From NCBI RefSeq assembly GCF_006345805.1, contig NC_043001.1, positions 87,420,001 through 87,484,000 on the forward strand: a DNA stretch of 64,000 nucleotides. The letters run 5' to 3'. A program made the translations under genes and the position numbers. Under the pieces are notes generated by a model. The model made no database searches and was not told where the DNA came from. It saw only the letters and a program-made list of their open reading frames with translations. This DNA is from Octopus sinensis. Taxonomy: Eukaryota. Shown piece after piece: positions 1 to 31,045 of the stretch (position 1 is the first letter of the stretch; each line of letters starts with the position of its first letter).

Positions 1-177
1 TTAGGAAGGCCATCCAGCCATAGAAACCATGCCAAGACTGACAATGGAGCTCAACACAGCTCGGCAACTTGCTGGATCCTCTCAAACTATCCAACTCATG
101 CCAGCATAGAAAGCATACATTAAATGATGATGATGACAATGATTATGATGAATGTATGTGTGTGTGTTCAAGATTGT

Positions 178-559
178 ACTCTTTTACTCTTTTACTTGTT
201 TCAGTCATTTGACTGCGGCCATGCTGGAGCACCACCTTTAATCGAGCAAATCGACCCCAGGACTTATTCTTTGTAAGCCTAGTACTTATTCTATCGGGCT
301 CTTTTGCCGAACCGCTAAGTTACGGGAATGTAAACATACCAGCATCGGTTGTCAAGTGATGTTGAGGGTGACAAACAGACACACAAACACATATATACAT
401 ATATAAGACAGGCTTCTTTTAGTTTCCGTCTACCAAATCCACTCACAAGGCTTTGGTCGGCCCGTGGCTATAGTAGAAGACACTTGGGAATGAAGAGGGT
501 GGGAATGAACCCGGAACCATGTGGTTGGTAAGCAAGCTACTTACCACACAGCCACTCCT
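178..559 (-). mobile_element. SINE family A (tRNA head, CORE-like segment, internal microsatellite, (GTAAAAGA)n tail)
   Basis: A/B-box head ggctgtgtggtaag...ggttccgggttca; at least eight long copies in the window. Confidence 0.85.
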
Positions 560-1249
560 ACACCTACAAAATTGTAGGTCACAATTTTGCAACTAAGTAG
601 CTAAAATTTCAGCTAGGCAGGCAGATACATAGACAGACAGACAGACAAACAGTTAGACAAATAGAGACAGACATAAACAGATAAACTGATAGACAGACAG
701 ACAGATCGATAGATAGATATGTAGGAAGGAGGGAGGGGTAGATGAATGAATAAATTCAATCCTGGATTATTACATGTCTTGTCCAACATGTAATAAAGAA
801 ATGGTAATACATATTTATTAAAAATATTATGCAAAGAGCACTAACCTTTGGGGGGTGGGGCGGTGGATTTCTGGAACAAGAGAATAAGTTAATATAGCAA
901 GCCAGTAAATATAGTTAATTTTCTCTGAGCAATGTGATACTACATGCTACATATTAATTAAAATAACTGACTACTTTCTTAATTACTTGCTATAATTATT
1001 TCCCTTTCATAATTGTATTGATTAAGTGTCTTTTTAATTACAGTTATATTAATTGGTAGTATTCGTGGCAAATGGTAATTTCATGATTCATGTACGCTTT
1101 CACCTTAGAATCTGCCATTCATATGGTAAAATATATCTAAATAAAAATGCATATATAACTCAATGTATTTATTTATATTTAAGTATATAGAAACACTCAC
1201 ATATACTGTATGTATAGTAACAGCTGTGAATTTTGTAACTATAGACATA

Positions 1250-1286
<37 letters not shown>

Positions 1287-1314
1287 CTATCTATCTATCT
1301 ATCTATCTCTCTCT

Positions 1315-1580
1315 TGACACATGCATGCGAACAGCCATGCTACATGGCAGAGAAACATGGGCCGTGACTGCTGAGGACATGCATAAGCCTGCAAGGAATG
1401 AAGCTAGTATGCTATGCTGGATGTGTAATGTCAGTGTGCATACATGACAGGGTGTAAGCACCCTGAGAGAAAAGTTGGACATGAGCAGCATCAGATGTGG
1501 TGTGCAAGAGATGACTGCACTGGTATGGTCATGTGTTGCGTATGGATGAGGACAGCTGTGTGAGAAAGTGTCACAGCCTA
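1315..1580 (+). mobile_element. RTE-clade RT C-terminal fragment (second family)
   Basis: RTAMLHGRETWAV...ARNEASMLCWMCNV...HWYGHVLRMDEDSCVRKC. Confidence 0.8.
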
Positions 1581-1660
1581 TATATATATGTGTGCGTGTG
1601 TGTATTCTTTTATTCTTCTATACATTTTAATGTGGCTGTGGTCATGCTGGAGTATGCACA

Positions 1661-1700
<40 letters not shown>

Positions 1701-2067
1701 CATTTAAAAAAGACGTGTTGCTATAACTGGAAATTTTCCAATAATTTTCAATTAATCATAAATCTAATAAAATTATAAACACATAAAATAGGTTATTACA
1801 GATTTCCAACAATATATCTTTTAATACAATATCTGCATGCAAGCATATTCTATCAACAATCATCATCATCATCGTTTAACGTCCGCTTTCCATGCTAGCA
1901 TGGGTTGGACGATTTTGACTGAGGGCTGGTGAACCAGATGGCCACACCAGGCTCCAATCTTGATCTATCAGAGTTTCTACAGCTGGATGCCCTTCCTAAC
2001 GCCAACCAACCACCCGACCAACGCCAACAATATGCATATATATGTATAAGTATATATGCATATTGAA

Positions 2068-2298
2068 GGCTGCTAGCTGGCAGAAACGTTAGTACGCCGG
2101 GCGAAATGTGTAGCCATATTTACTCTGCTGTTACGTTCTGGGTTCAAATTCCGCCAAGGTTGACTTTGCCTTTCATCCTTTCGGAGTCGATAAATTAAGT
2201 ACCAGTTACGCACTGGAGTCGATGTAATTGACTTAATCCGTTTGTCTGTCCTTGTTTGTCCCCTCTGTGTTTAGCCCCTTGTGGGTAGTAAAGAAATA
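2068..2298 (+). mobile_element. SINE family B copy
   Basis: Aligns end to end with 24808-25037. Confidence 0.85.
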
Positions 2299-2384
2299 TA
2301 TATATGTATAACTGTATATATCTGATATGTCCCGCATTATGATGGCATATTTCGTTGTCTGCATGACTAGCCCGTATGGAGTGC

Positions 2385-2506
2385 CTCGCCGACTGGCACA
2401 GCTTGCTATCAGTCTCTTTTGCCGAACCACTAAGTTACAGGGACATAAACACACCACCATCAGTTGTCAAGCGATGTTGGGGAGACAAACACAGACACAC
2501 AAACAT

Positions 2507-2587
<81 letters not shown>

Positions 2588-2751
2588 TACGATGGGCTCC
2601 TTTCAGTTTCCATCTCCCAAATCCACTCACAAGGCTTTGTTTGGCCCGAGGCTATAGTAGAAGGTACTTGCCTAAGGTGCCACACAGTGGGACTGAACCT
2701 GGAACCATGTGGTTCATAAGCAAGCTACTTGCCACACAGCCACTCCCGCGC
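2385..2751 (-). mobile_element. SINE family A copy
   Basis: Same head and body; expanded internal (TA)n/(CA)n. Confidence 0.85.
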
Positions 2752-3164
2752 CTATTAATAAAAGTAGAAAGTAGTCAGAATTTAGATAAATACTATTTAT
2801 TGATTACTTTCATCCCCTTCAAAGATTTGTCAAGAATTGTGAGCTGTTGAAAATTTTTCCTTTTTATATTATGTGAGTTAATCAAGAATTCGATTTGTTT
2901 TCTTGGATTTTGAAAAAATAAAGTATATTTCAAAGCAGTTATTTGAGTTGTTTTTTGTCATATGTGTGTGTATGCATGTGTGCGAGGTAAATTTTGGTAA
3001 AAGAAGGAAGGAAAAAATTAAAAAGGAAAGAAGTGTTTTCTGAAACAGTTTATTTAATTGCAGGTTAAAAGAACTGACACTTTTTATCAATTGCAATAAA
3101 TGTGTGGACAGATAATATGGACAGGCAGGCAGGCAGACAATCAGGCAAACAGATAAACCAATAG

Positions 3165-3178
3165 GTAGATAGATAGAC

Positions 3179-3234
<56 letters not shown>

Positions 3235-3333
3235 GGATGGATGGATGGATGGATGGATGGATGGATGGATGGATGGATGGATGGATGGATGGATGGATGG
3301 ATGGATGGATAGGGAGGTAGGGAGGTAGGTAGG

Positions 3334-3372
<39 letters not shown>

Positions 3373-3606
3373 GTAGGTAGGTAGGTAGGTAGGTAGGTAG
3401 GTAGGTAAGTAAGTAGGTAGGTAGGTAGGTAGGTAAGTAGGTAGGTAGGTAGAATTCACATGGCAGCACTTACTGGTCCTTTGGTGTCTTATCAGAAATC
3501 ACATTATCGAAAGAAAAAAAGAAAGAAAGAAAGAAAAAGAGAGAAAAGAAAATAAAGGAAAGAAAGGAAAAGAAAGAAAGAAAGAAATAAAGAAAGAAAG
3601 AAAGAA
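3165..3606. repeat. Compound microsatellite (ATAG)n-(ATGG)n-(AGGT)n, then (AAAG)n
   Basis: Direct reading. Confidence 0.95.
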
Positions 3607-4448
3607 GATTTGTTTAATATTTACCTTAACACATTGTATAAAAATATGGATTATGGGCACAATTTAATAATCAGGTGCTACAATTACCTTTACATTTTAG
3701 AACAATGAATTATTGATACAAAAACATTCTAGAATATAATCTAGAGGTGTATATAATCAATTTATTGACACAGTTTCTTTTTGTAGTGTCTACAGAAGAT
3801 CACATGTATCTAATTTAGAAATATATATAGTTGATTATGTAAATATAGTCTAGTAGTTTATACAATTCACTAAGTATCTAATGTTGTTGTATACACTGCT
3901 GATTATGAATATATTATTTAGTAGCATAGGCACAGGCATGGCTGTGTGGTAAGAAGCTTGCTTCCCAACCACAGGGTTCTGGGTTCAGTCCCACTGTGTA
4001 GCACCTCGGACTAAAGCTTTGTGAGTGGAATTAGTAGACAGAAACAGAAAGAGGCCTATTGTGTGTGTGTGCGTGTGTGTGTGTGTGTATTTATACATAC
4101 TATGATATCAAGTTAGATATGCAGACAGGTGCAGGCATGACTGTGTGGATAGGAAGCTTGCTTCCCAACCAGGTCCAATCCCACTGCATGGCACCCTGGG
4201 TAAATGCCATCTACTATGGCCCCAGATTAACCAAAGCTTTGTGAGTTACTTTGATAAACAGCAACTACTAAGTCTGTTGTGGATGTATTTATATATGTAC
4301 ACATATATTTATGTATGCATGTATGTATCCAAGCATGGATGTACATATGTAAGCATGCATGTATATACTCTGTGTGTACGTGTGTGTGTGTTCATATATC
4401 CTTGCCTTGATACTGTGTACTAATTGCAAAAGAAATGCCATCATCATA

Positions 4449-4848
4449 GGTGCAGGAGTGGCTGTGAGGTAAGTAGCTTGCTAACCAACCACATGGTTCC
4501 GGGTTCAGTCCCACTGCATGGCATCTTGGGCAAGTGTCTTCTGCTATAGCCCCGGGCCAACCAATGCCTTGTGAGTGGATTTGGTAGACGGAAACTGAAA
4601 GAAGCCTGTCGTATATATGTATATATATATATGTATGTGTGTGTGTTTGTGTGTCTGTGTTTGTTCCCCTAGCATTGCTTGACAACCGATGCTGGTGTGT
4701 TTACGTCCCCGTCACTTAGTGGTTCGGCAAAAAGAGACCGATAGAATAAGTACTGGGCTTACAAAAAGAATAAGTCCCGGGGTCGGTGCTCCAGCATGGC
4801 CGCAGTCAAATGACTGAAACAAGTAAAAGAGTAAGAGAGTAAAAGAGT
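4449..4848 (+). mobile_element. SINE family A copy
   Basis: Full head-to-tail match to the other copies. Confidence 0.88.
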
Positions 4849-5262
4849 ATCATATAAAGAATGTCATTCATTACAATCTTTCATGAAAATTTGTTTGACT
4901 ATTGTGCTGTCCATCCGTCTGTTCATCTTCAAAGGCCTGGGGAAATATTAGCTTGCTTAAAAATAGGTGAGGGTTGATGATAGGAGGAGCATCCAACTGT
5001 ACAAAATCTGCTTCAACAAATTTCCTCAGATATATGCAAACATGGAAAATTAAAAGATGAGGAGGAGGAGGAGGAGGAAGAGGAGAAGGAGATGTGGTGG
5101 AGGTGCTGGTGATTATGATGATGATAGCATTAAATCAAACACACAGTTATTAGATATTGAACCAGGCTTATGCAATTATAAGGCAATACATACCTACACA
5201 TATATACACACACATACATACATACACAAATACATACATATCCACACATACACATACATACA

Positions 5263-5338
<76 letters not shown>

Positions 5339-6099
5339 AAAAATTAATTTACGAAGGTGTCATTAATTCTATTATTATCCATATTTTAAAAATGATAATA
5401 ACAGAATCAATGACACAGGCAATAGCAGGTCAAAAAATAGCATTAAATAGCCAAGCAATTAAAATTAATCAAAGCATATACTAAGTATGTCTACCTGCTT
5501 GAAATAAGTCAAAACTCTTATTAAATCGCCAAAAGTACACTGATGAAAACTACAGAAATCAAACGAAGGCAAAATCAGGTTAAGACAATCTACTAACATA
5601 CATTTAAGTATTAGGACTCACGCGGACCGGTTTCTGCATTGGTAAAATAAAACCTTAGCTTCTTCAGCACGTGTTACCATGACACCTAACACGTGTTAGG
5701 TGTCCAATGATGGTCATCTCTTATGTGTTTAAATGTACAGTGTATTTATATAGTGGCACATAAAAAGCACCAACCGATCGTGACCACTGCCTGACTCCCC
5801 TGGCACCTGTGCCGGTGGCACATAAAAAGCACCCACTACACTCATGGAGTGGTTGGTGTTAGGAAGGGCATCCAGCTGTAGAAACACTGCCAGATCAGAC
5901 TGGAGCCTAGTGCAGTCTCCTGGGTTCCCAGACCCCAGTCGAACCGTCCAACCCCTGCTAGCACGGAAAACTGACATTAAACAATGATGATGATGATGAT
6001 ATATATAGGTATAAAATAAGACATAAGATTATCAAAGTAATACAGTATCCATGGCTCCTTAACCAGTGAGATTAACAGGGCCTTCTTAACCAGTGAGAT

Positions 6100-6260
6100 T
6101 GGTGTCCTTAACATCCCTCTTGAACCAAAGTCAACACTTATAGGAAAGACAAGAGCAGAGAGGGAATTCTTAAGAACCAATATCCTGGGAAGGAAGGACT
6201 GGGTATAGTGATTAGTACAGACCCTGAGAATGGGGTCAAACAAAACAAGAGTAAAGGGAA
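6100..6260 (-). mobile_element. Old CR1/L2-like LINE 3' remnant
   Basis: TNHYTQSFLPRILVLKNSL resembles the SFFPRT..LWNSLP C-terminal motif. Confidence 0.5.
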
Positions 6261-6629
6261 GACATGAGACAAGTCAGATGAGCATTCACTAGTGAAGGTC
6301 GTGTAACCCCAGCCAGCTTCAAGGAGCAGAGGTCATTACAGATACATGATAGCAGCACAAGGTCAAATTTTATCCATTTTCAAGAGAAGTCATTACTAGT
6401 AACTTTTGAAGTCTTCTTTGAACTGTCAGATGTCAGTTTACCTGGAAAGAAACAATGCAGTTATTAAATAAAAAGAATTGAAGTTAATGCATGCAAGATT
6501 TCCCAGCTCTAGCATCACTCCTTCATAATCAGCCTATGAACTTTTCAGCCCAACCTTGTATGTATGTATGTACATACATATGTATATATGTATATGTATG
6601 TATAAAAAAACAAGGAAGTTATTTTTGAC

Positions 6630-24489
<17,860 letters not shown>

Positions 24490-24549
24490 CAAGTGGTGTC
24501 AACAACTCTAAAATAAATTGTAACTCTGCAACCGGTAAAATTCTTCACT

Positions 24550-24564
24550 GTTGCCAGTGGCAAC
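24550..24564. promoter_or_regulatory. RFX X-box in the ZMYND10 proximal promoter
   Basis: GTTGCC-AGT-GGCAAC fits GTNRCC(N0-3)RGYAAC with perfectly inverted half-sites; it lies 61 nt upstream of the ATG of a motile-cilia gene. Confidence 0.75.
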
Positions 24565-24807
24565 GCTCTATATAAGAAATGAAATAAACGTGTGTATACG
24601 TGTTTAAGGGGGAATAACTATCATCAATATACTTTGCGTTATCTCCCTTATCCAGTCAGCGAGAATTGCAGGTGAGACAGTTTTTTTTTTCTTTTTTTAC
24701 CATTTAAAGCAGTGGTCTTTGGTTTATTGCTCTGATTGATATTCTGTTAGACTTTCGAGATCATAATGGCTTTCAATTCATAAAAATCCCATGATATTAA
24801 AACCTAA

Positions 24808-25037
24808 GGCGGCGAGCTGGCAGAAACGTTAGCACGCCGGGCGAAATGCTTAGCGGTATTTCGTCTGCATTACGTTGTGAGTTCAAATTCCGCCGAGGTC
24901 GACTTTGCCTTTCATCCTTTCGAGGTCGATAAATTAAGTACCAGTTACGCACTGGGGTCGATGTAATCGACTTAATACCTATGTCCGTCCTTGTTTGTCC
25001 CCTCTGTGTTTAGCCCCTTGTGGGTAATAAAGAAATA
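24808..25037 (+). mobile_element. SINE family B (tRNA-derived head, conserved central gactttgcctttcatcctttc..ggtcgataaattaagtacc block)
   Basis: Best-preserved copy; repeats at 2068-2298(+), 11172-11404(-), 15289-15523(-), 21239-21452(+) and 50002-50221(+). Confidence 0.87.
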
Positions 25038-25637
25038 GATATTAAAACCTTGATTTTATGTATTGCTGATGTTTTTTGGTGCAATGAAATAAGGAAGTGT
25101 TAGGTAAACAGAAGATTCTCATGAATTGTAAAAAAAAAAAAAAATGTCTGATTCTTTCGACAAACTAAGTTTTTAACGGTCCAGGTTTTGATAAATAATT
25201 TCACTCCCTTAACAATATCTTATGATTAATCTTAGAATATCTCCTCAAACACATTGGAGACCAGAATAATAGATTCATTAATCTGAAGTTGCTCAACAAT
25301 TTTTGTTTCAATAAGAATAAAAAAGACTGCATGGTTAAAACGGACTCTGATCATGTCAGCAAGATAATAAACATGAAAAATGATGACAGTGTCAAAACTG
25401 ACCTTTGTTTCAAAACAACATGTCATGTTGCTACTTTCCCAAGTTGTTAAGTATCTTTACTCTTCCAATCTTTTCCTTTTCCAGCATGGGTTTTGCTCGG
25501 AGTTCCTTCCATAACATGCTAATTAACCCATATTTGGGACTGCTATTGGTCAGAGGAGACCTAGGAACAAAAGTAGCTGAAAGGTAGTTCCACACTTCTC
25601 AAAACCTTGGGACTTTCGAAGTAGAGCTCCACTACCA

Positions 25638-25802
25638 GGCACAGGAATGACTGTGTGGTAAGTAGCTTGCTTACCAACCACATGGTTCCGAGTTCAGTCC
25701 CACTACGTGGCACCTTGGGCAAGTGTCTTCTACTATAGCCTCGGGCTGACCAAAGCCTTGTGAGTGGATTTGGTAGACGGGAACTGAGAGAAGCCCATCG
25801 TA

Positions 25803-25889
<87 letters not shown>

Positions 25890-26146
25890 TATATACATAT
25901 ACGTGTGTGTGTGTGTGTGTGCTTGTGTGTATGTGTGTGTGTGTATGCTTGTGTCCCCCCAACATCGCTTCACAACTGACGCTGGTCTATTTACGTACCT
26001 GTAATTTAGTGGTTCAGCAAAAGAGGTCAATAGAATAAGTACTAAGCTTACAAAGAATAAGTCCTCGGATCGATTTGCTCTACTAAAGGCAGTGCTCCAG
26101 CATGGACACAGTCAAATGACTGAAACAAGTAAAAGAGAAAAAGAGA
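25638..26146 (+). mobile_element. SINE family A copy
   Basis: Full match with long internal (TA)n(TG)n. Confidence 0.87.
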
Positions 26147-29098
26147 GTACCAGATGTAGTTTATATAATATTCATGTGTATACAAGCATGGAACAGCACT
26201 GGCTGCATTATGTTACCTTGCAGAGACATCTCAAAGACGGTTTTGTGTTTAAGATGCAGAACTTCCTTCAGAATGCTGGTGGGTCACCATTTTGACCTGA
26301 TTTTTGTCTCTTCAGTGACAAATTACCTTAGACATTGTGAACCAAGCCAAAAAATGCTTGTCCCAAAATAGGAATTGGTTACCAAAACATTTACTGATAT
26401 GTGTAAAAACTAGACAGGATAGAATTAAATTAATATACACACTTAATACACACATTATTAACTTAAATACCATTGTCATCATTATCATCATCATTTAACA
26501 TCCATTTTCTATGCTGGCATGGGTTGGGTGGTTTGACAGAAGATGGCAAGGCCAGGAGCCACACTAAGTCCCTTAGTGAGTTTTGGCTTGGTTTCTATGG
26601 CTGGATGATCTCCCTAATACTGACTACTTTACAGAGTGTACTGGGTGCTTTTTATGTGGCACTAGCACCAGTATTGTTTTACATTGCACTAGCACAGTGT
26701 ATAACATTATAATTTGTGTATATATATGTAACAGTACTAAGCTGTAATATTTTATCTCAGAGAAAATATCAATGTATAAAAAGTCAAAGAGACTTTTGTG
26801 TTAAAAACATAGGACTTTGCTCGAAACACCAGTGAATCACCAGAAACAGTGTTTTGACCTGATTTGGTTTCAACAGTCACAACCACCTTAGACATTTTAA
26901 GTCAAGCCAAAAATGCTTGTTCTGATATAGAAATTGATGAACAAAACATTTTCTAATTTTGTGGACGTAATAAATATCCTTCTTCCTTTACTCAACCATC
27001 CCATTTGTATTCTGATCCCCATCCCTTGTGAGTATACCCATCACTTTGCCGCCATCTTTACCCTGCTCTCTCTCTCTCTCTCACCTTCTCTTGCACTTCC
27101 CTCAGGTTGGGTGACCATATATTTCATTTCTGGTAGTGCACCTGTTTCTGTTTTCGTTCCTGATCTCTCTCTCCAGCCGGGTAACCTTGTACTTCCTCTA
27201 CACCAAGACACCTGTTTCTGTCTGTCTGTCTCACTATAACCTTTCATCATTCAACACATGATCACCTCCTCCAATGTTCCTTCCCCTATTGAAAGTTTTT
27301 TCTTTTTTTTTTTTTTGTCTTGCAAGTACTTGGTGACCCTGTCAGTGCAAATGCCACTTAAAAGCACTTAGTCCACGCTGTAAAGTGGTTGGTGTTTGGA
27401 AGGGCATCCAGCTGTAAAAACCTTGCCAAAACTGACCTCACCTGTGCTTGTGCCACATAAAAAGCACTAAGTCCACTCTGCTAAGTGGTTGGTGTTAGAA
27501 AGGGCATCCAGCTGTAAAAACCCTGCCAAAACAGTCACAGAAGTCTGGTGCAGGCTTCTGCTTGGCCAGCTCTTGTGAAACCATCCCACCCATGCTAGCA
27601 TGGAAGGCAGACATTAAATGATGATGATGGGGTGATTGTGATGATGATGATGATGAATAAGAATTTTATTAGTTTTCAAGAGAATGTGAAATAATTCTTT
27701 TTTGGAAAATTTGATTCATAGCATATCGCACAGAGCTATAGCTCTGTAGGTAATGATTTAATGTATTTCTATCCAAAAGGGATTTTCAACCCAATATTTA
27801 CATGTCATCATCTATAGCATTATGTGATGTACTCCAAGTCCAATATTTCAAAAGCAAAATTATTTACTGTATGTTTGAAAGCTAACCAGAATTAAATTGA
27901 TATATACACTTGAAACAGCCTTAGATTAAAACACCAGTGTGCATTACATAATGCATATACAAACATGGAATGGACTCATTTTATTTCAACTGGACAAGTT
28001 GTTACATTCAAGTCAGTTTTTACTCAGAGCTGCAGCCCCCTTAAACATGACTAATACCATGTTTCGCTTGTGCCCTTTCTTTTAGCATGGTTTCTACAAC
28101 CTGATGCCGCTCCTAGCACCAACTACTTTACAGAGTGTAGTGGGGGAATTTTATAAACACTTGAGAGGTTGTCATATCTTTAACAAGACTAGATTAAAGA
28201 GTTCTATTCCCTTTACATCACCGCTCTTTGACCAGCCACTTAAAGTTGCCATGTACCCTGTAAGACAAAAGAAATCTTCACAGCCCTGCATTGTCTCTGG
28301 TGGTGGTGGAGAGAATCACTCCATTCTTGTATAATTTCTGTTTTGATTTATTTATGTTTTAAACATATAATATCATGGTTCTTCAAAATTATGCTTGACT
28401 TTTAAACATGAATTTTGTAAAAAGTAAAATCTATAAAATTACAGAAATGTCTGGTGGAACCTTAAAAAGTTCAATCTCATACCTTTCCATAAATAAATAA
28501 AATTGGTTTTCCAGAATCTTGATATTGTAATCTACAATGCTTAGAACATTCTTATTAGAAAAAATTATGGGCTTTTGGGACTCACTAAAAAAAAACAGCC
28601 AAAATCGTTTTGAACTGAGGTGGTGAGGGGATGGTGGGAATGAAAAAAAATTAATTTTCAAAACTATTTCTCTTTTTTCGTGAAAAACATTGGAAAAAAT
28701 CCCCATCAAAACGAAAAAATCTCAACTTATTTTCTGAAACTCCTCTTGTCAACCCCTCAGAAAATTTTTTTCAACTAATCTTTACATGCACTTAATCTAC
28801 AGGATATAAGTGATTATTTGGTGAAAGTTTTGTTTAAAAGTATCCATTTGTTTGGAAGTTATAAAGCAACAAATTCAGTGGGGTATTAAACTGTAGTTAT
28901 ATCTTTTATCACTAAACGTTAATGTTAACTTCTGTTACATTTTCAAAAAATTAACTGTTTAACGATTAACGAAGTTAGCTTTTTGGTTAACTGATTAATG
29001 AAGTTAACTCTTTGATTAACAGTGTCTCTCTCTCTCTATATATATATGTATATATATGTATATATATATATATATATATATAGACACATACATATATC

Positions 29099-31045
29099 CA
29101 GGGTGTTTGGGTGACATTTAATGATTTTTTTCATACCTCCTTTATTTAGGAACAACTTGATATGTTGGTGAACAGTCAACAACATTGGAGAGCATAAAGA
29201 TTAAAGTTGTAGTTGAGAAAAAGTTGGTTGACATGGGGGGTACTGGAAGCTATCAGAATATTGGAAAAGAGTTACTTTTATCTCAATGATTTGCACTGGG
29301 TATCAAAATGCTGATATTATGATTGCTGCTCAATGCTCTGTGAACACTGTAAAGGCTGTAAGACATGGCATGGACAGCTGCAACAGTGGTGGCTTGTGTA
29401 TAGGAACTGCAGCACCCCCTATTTCCACTTGCTATTATCGATAACATTTAATATAATGAGTCCTTTTTTCATTAATTCCATCTTTATACTTGTACATTAT
29501 ATAATCATTAAGCTTAATGACAGTAGCCATCCCCTAGTTTATGAAAAAAAATTCAAAATTCCTTGTATAGAACCATGTGCTTCACAGTCCCAGCAATGAG
29601 GTGTTTGGCTGTTGTGTGCATGCTCACATGTCCGAGATAAGAAGCTTCACATTAGTGAGAGAGAGCACTGCACGAACGACAATGCCAGGTGAAAGGTAGT
29701 ATTTCTTTTTGACTCTGTGTTGTGCTTAAAAACATGTTTATATTCTTGAATGTGATAAAGTGTAGAATTAGATTATTATTCTATTTCCAGCTTCAGTGTT
29801 GGTACCAGGATTTGAAAAATAGGGCACATTTCCCCTCTTTATTTTGTGACTTCGGTGGAATTTTTGAAAAACAAGGGGGAATTTGCGGTGGCGTTCAGTG
29901 AACAAATTAAACACACTACCCGGCAGTGGCTAAAACAATCAAGTTTATGTATAGATTTTCTTTTTATATGTTTGTTTCCTTTTACACAATATTAAAACAA
30001 TGGCCAAAAATTTTCTGAACCAGCACCCCCACTAATTTTATCTATAAGCCACCACTGAGCTGCAATGGAGAGTACAAAGCTGCAGACTGCAGGGCCACAA
30101 CAGGTGTTTTGGCTGCATCAGTATGCTGGAATTCATCTAAGAACTGCAAGACAAGGTGATGGAAGATCTGAGCAAAGGAATCTGAGCTTTGATAAAAGAG
30201 ATGGGTGTTGGAGTCACCACCATGAAACTGGTGCTGAATGAGACCTTTGCTACCACTCACACAAGAGCTGCAAGATACAAATTTTGACAGCCAAAGGCAA
30301 GGAAAGCAAAGAACCTTTTGAATAAGCTGAGGCATCCTGTTGAGCTGCAGATGATCTGGTTCTTCTCAGATGAAAAGTTCTTCTATTCGGACCACTTGCA
30401 CAAAAGAAAATTAAAAAAACAGGTGGCTCACCTCATGTGTCATGAAAATCAAATTACCCCAAATTGTGATGGTCTTTGGGTGTATTTCCATGAGGGTGGT
30501 GTCATGCCACTCCACATCTTTGAACAGGGCCTTAGGCTCAATTCAGACAACTGTGAAGCTGCTGGAAATTGGTCAAACCATGACTGGAGAGGATTGCTGC
30601 TGGAAGGCCATATGTATAGCAGCAGGATTTGGCTCCTTGCCAGACCTCTAGAGACAGTCAGAAGTGGTTTTTGGAGAATTTCTACAACTTCACCAGCCCC
30701 AATTTCTAGTTTCCTAATTATCCCAATGTAATCTCATGGATTACTTTGTGTGGGGCACAGTTAAGAAAGACACCAAGAGCTCTGCCAGGAACACCAAGGC
30801 CATGCTGGTGGCCAAGATGAAAGAGTTGTTTGAAGGTCTTCCTAGGGATACAATGAGGAAAACATGCACCAGGTTCCAGAGCTGCCTTGAAGCCATAGAA
30901 GAAAATGAGGGCAGCTGTCCTTAGTAAACTGTTTTCGCTCAGCCATAACCTGATAATTTTTTGTTTTAAAATACTTTTATTTTCGAATGGGATATTGTTA
31001 TCATTTCCCTTCATGTAAACAATTAAATTTAGCCTGAATACCTTG
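29099..31045 (+). mobile_element. Decayed Tc1/mariner-superfamily element (maT/DD37D-like by inference)
   Basis: Left end cagggtgtttgg, inverted right end ...gcctgaataccttg|ta; remnants FFSDEK, VMVFGC and DYFVWG. Confidence 0.7.

Noticed and set aside
349-531. Recurrent small ORF family MSSDVGG...RLPNPLTRLWSARGYSRRHLPK and its DGLLSVSVYQIHSQGFG frame
   Set aside because: Antisense translations of SINE family A, not a gene family.
3471-3500. Minus-strand donor CCA|gtaagt after a long pyrimidine tract
   Set aside because: The only acceptor gives a 14-nt exon with no ZMYND10 similarity; the pyrimidine tract is an (AAAG)n microsatellite.
25232-25426. Minus-strand 64-aa ORF considered as ZMYND10 exon 1
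   Set aside because: No similarity to the ZMYND10 N-terminus; the true exon 1 at 24386-24489 fits by sequence and phase.
25236-25450. Plus-strand ~70-codon open frame after an AG (YLLKHIGDQ...FPSC*)
   Set aside because: Ends in a stop before its donor, and the following intron would be only 34 nt; no recognisable homology.
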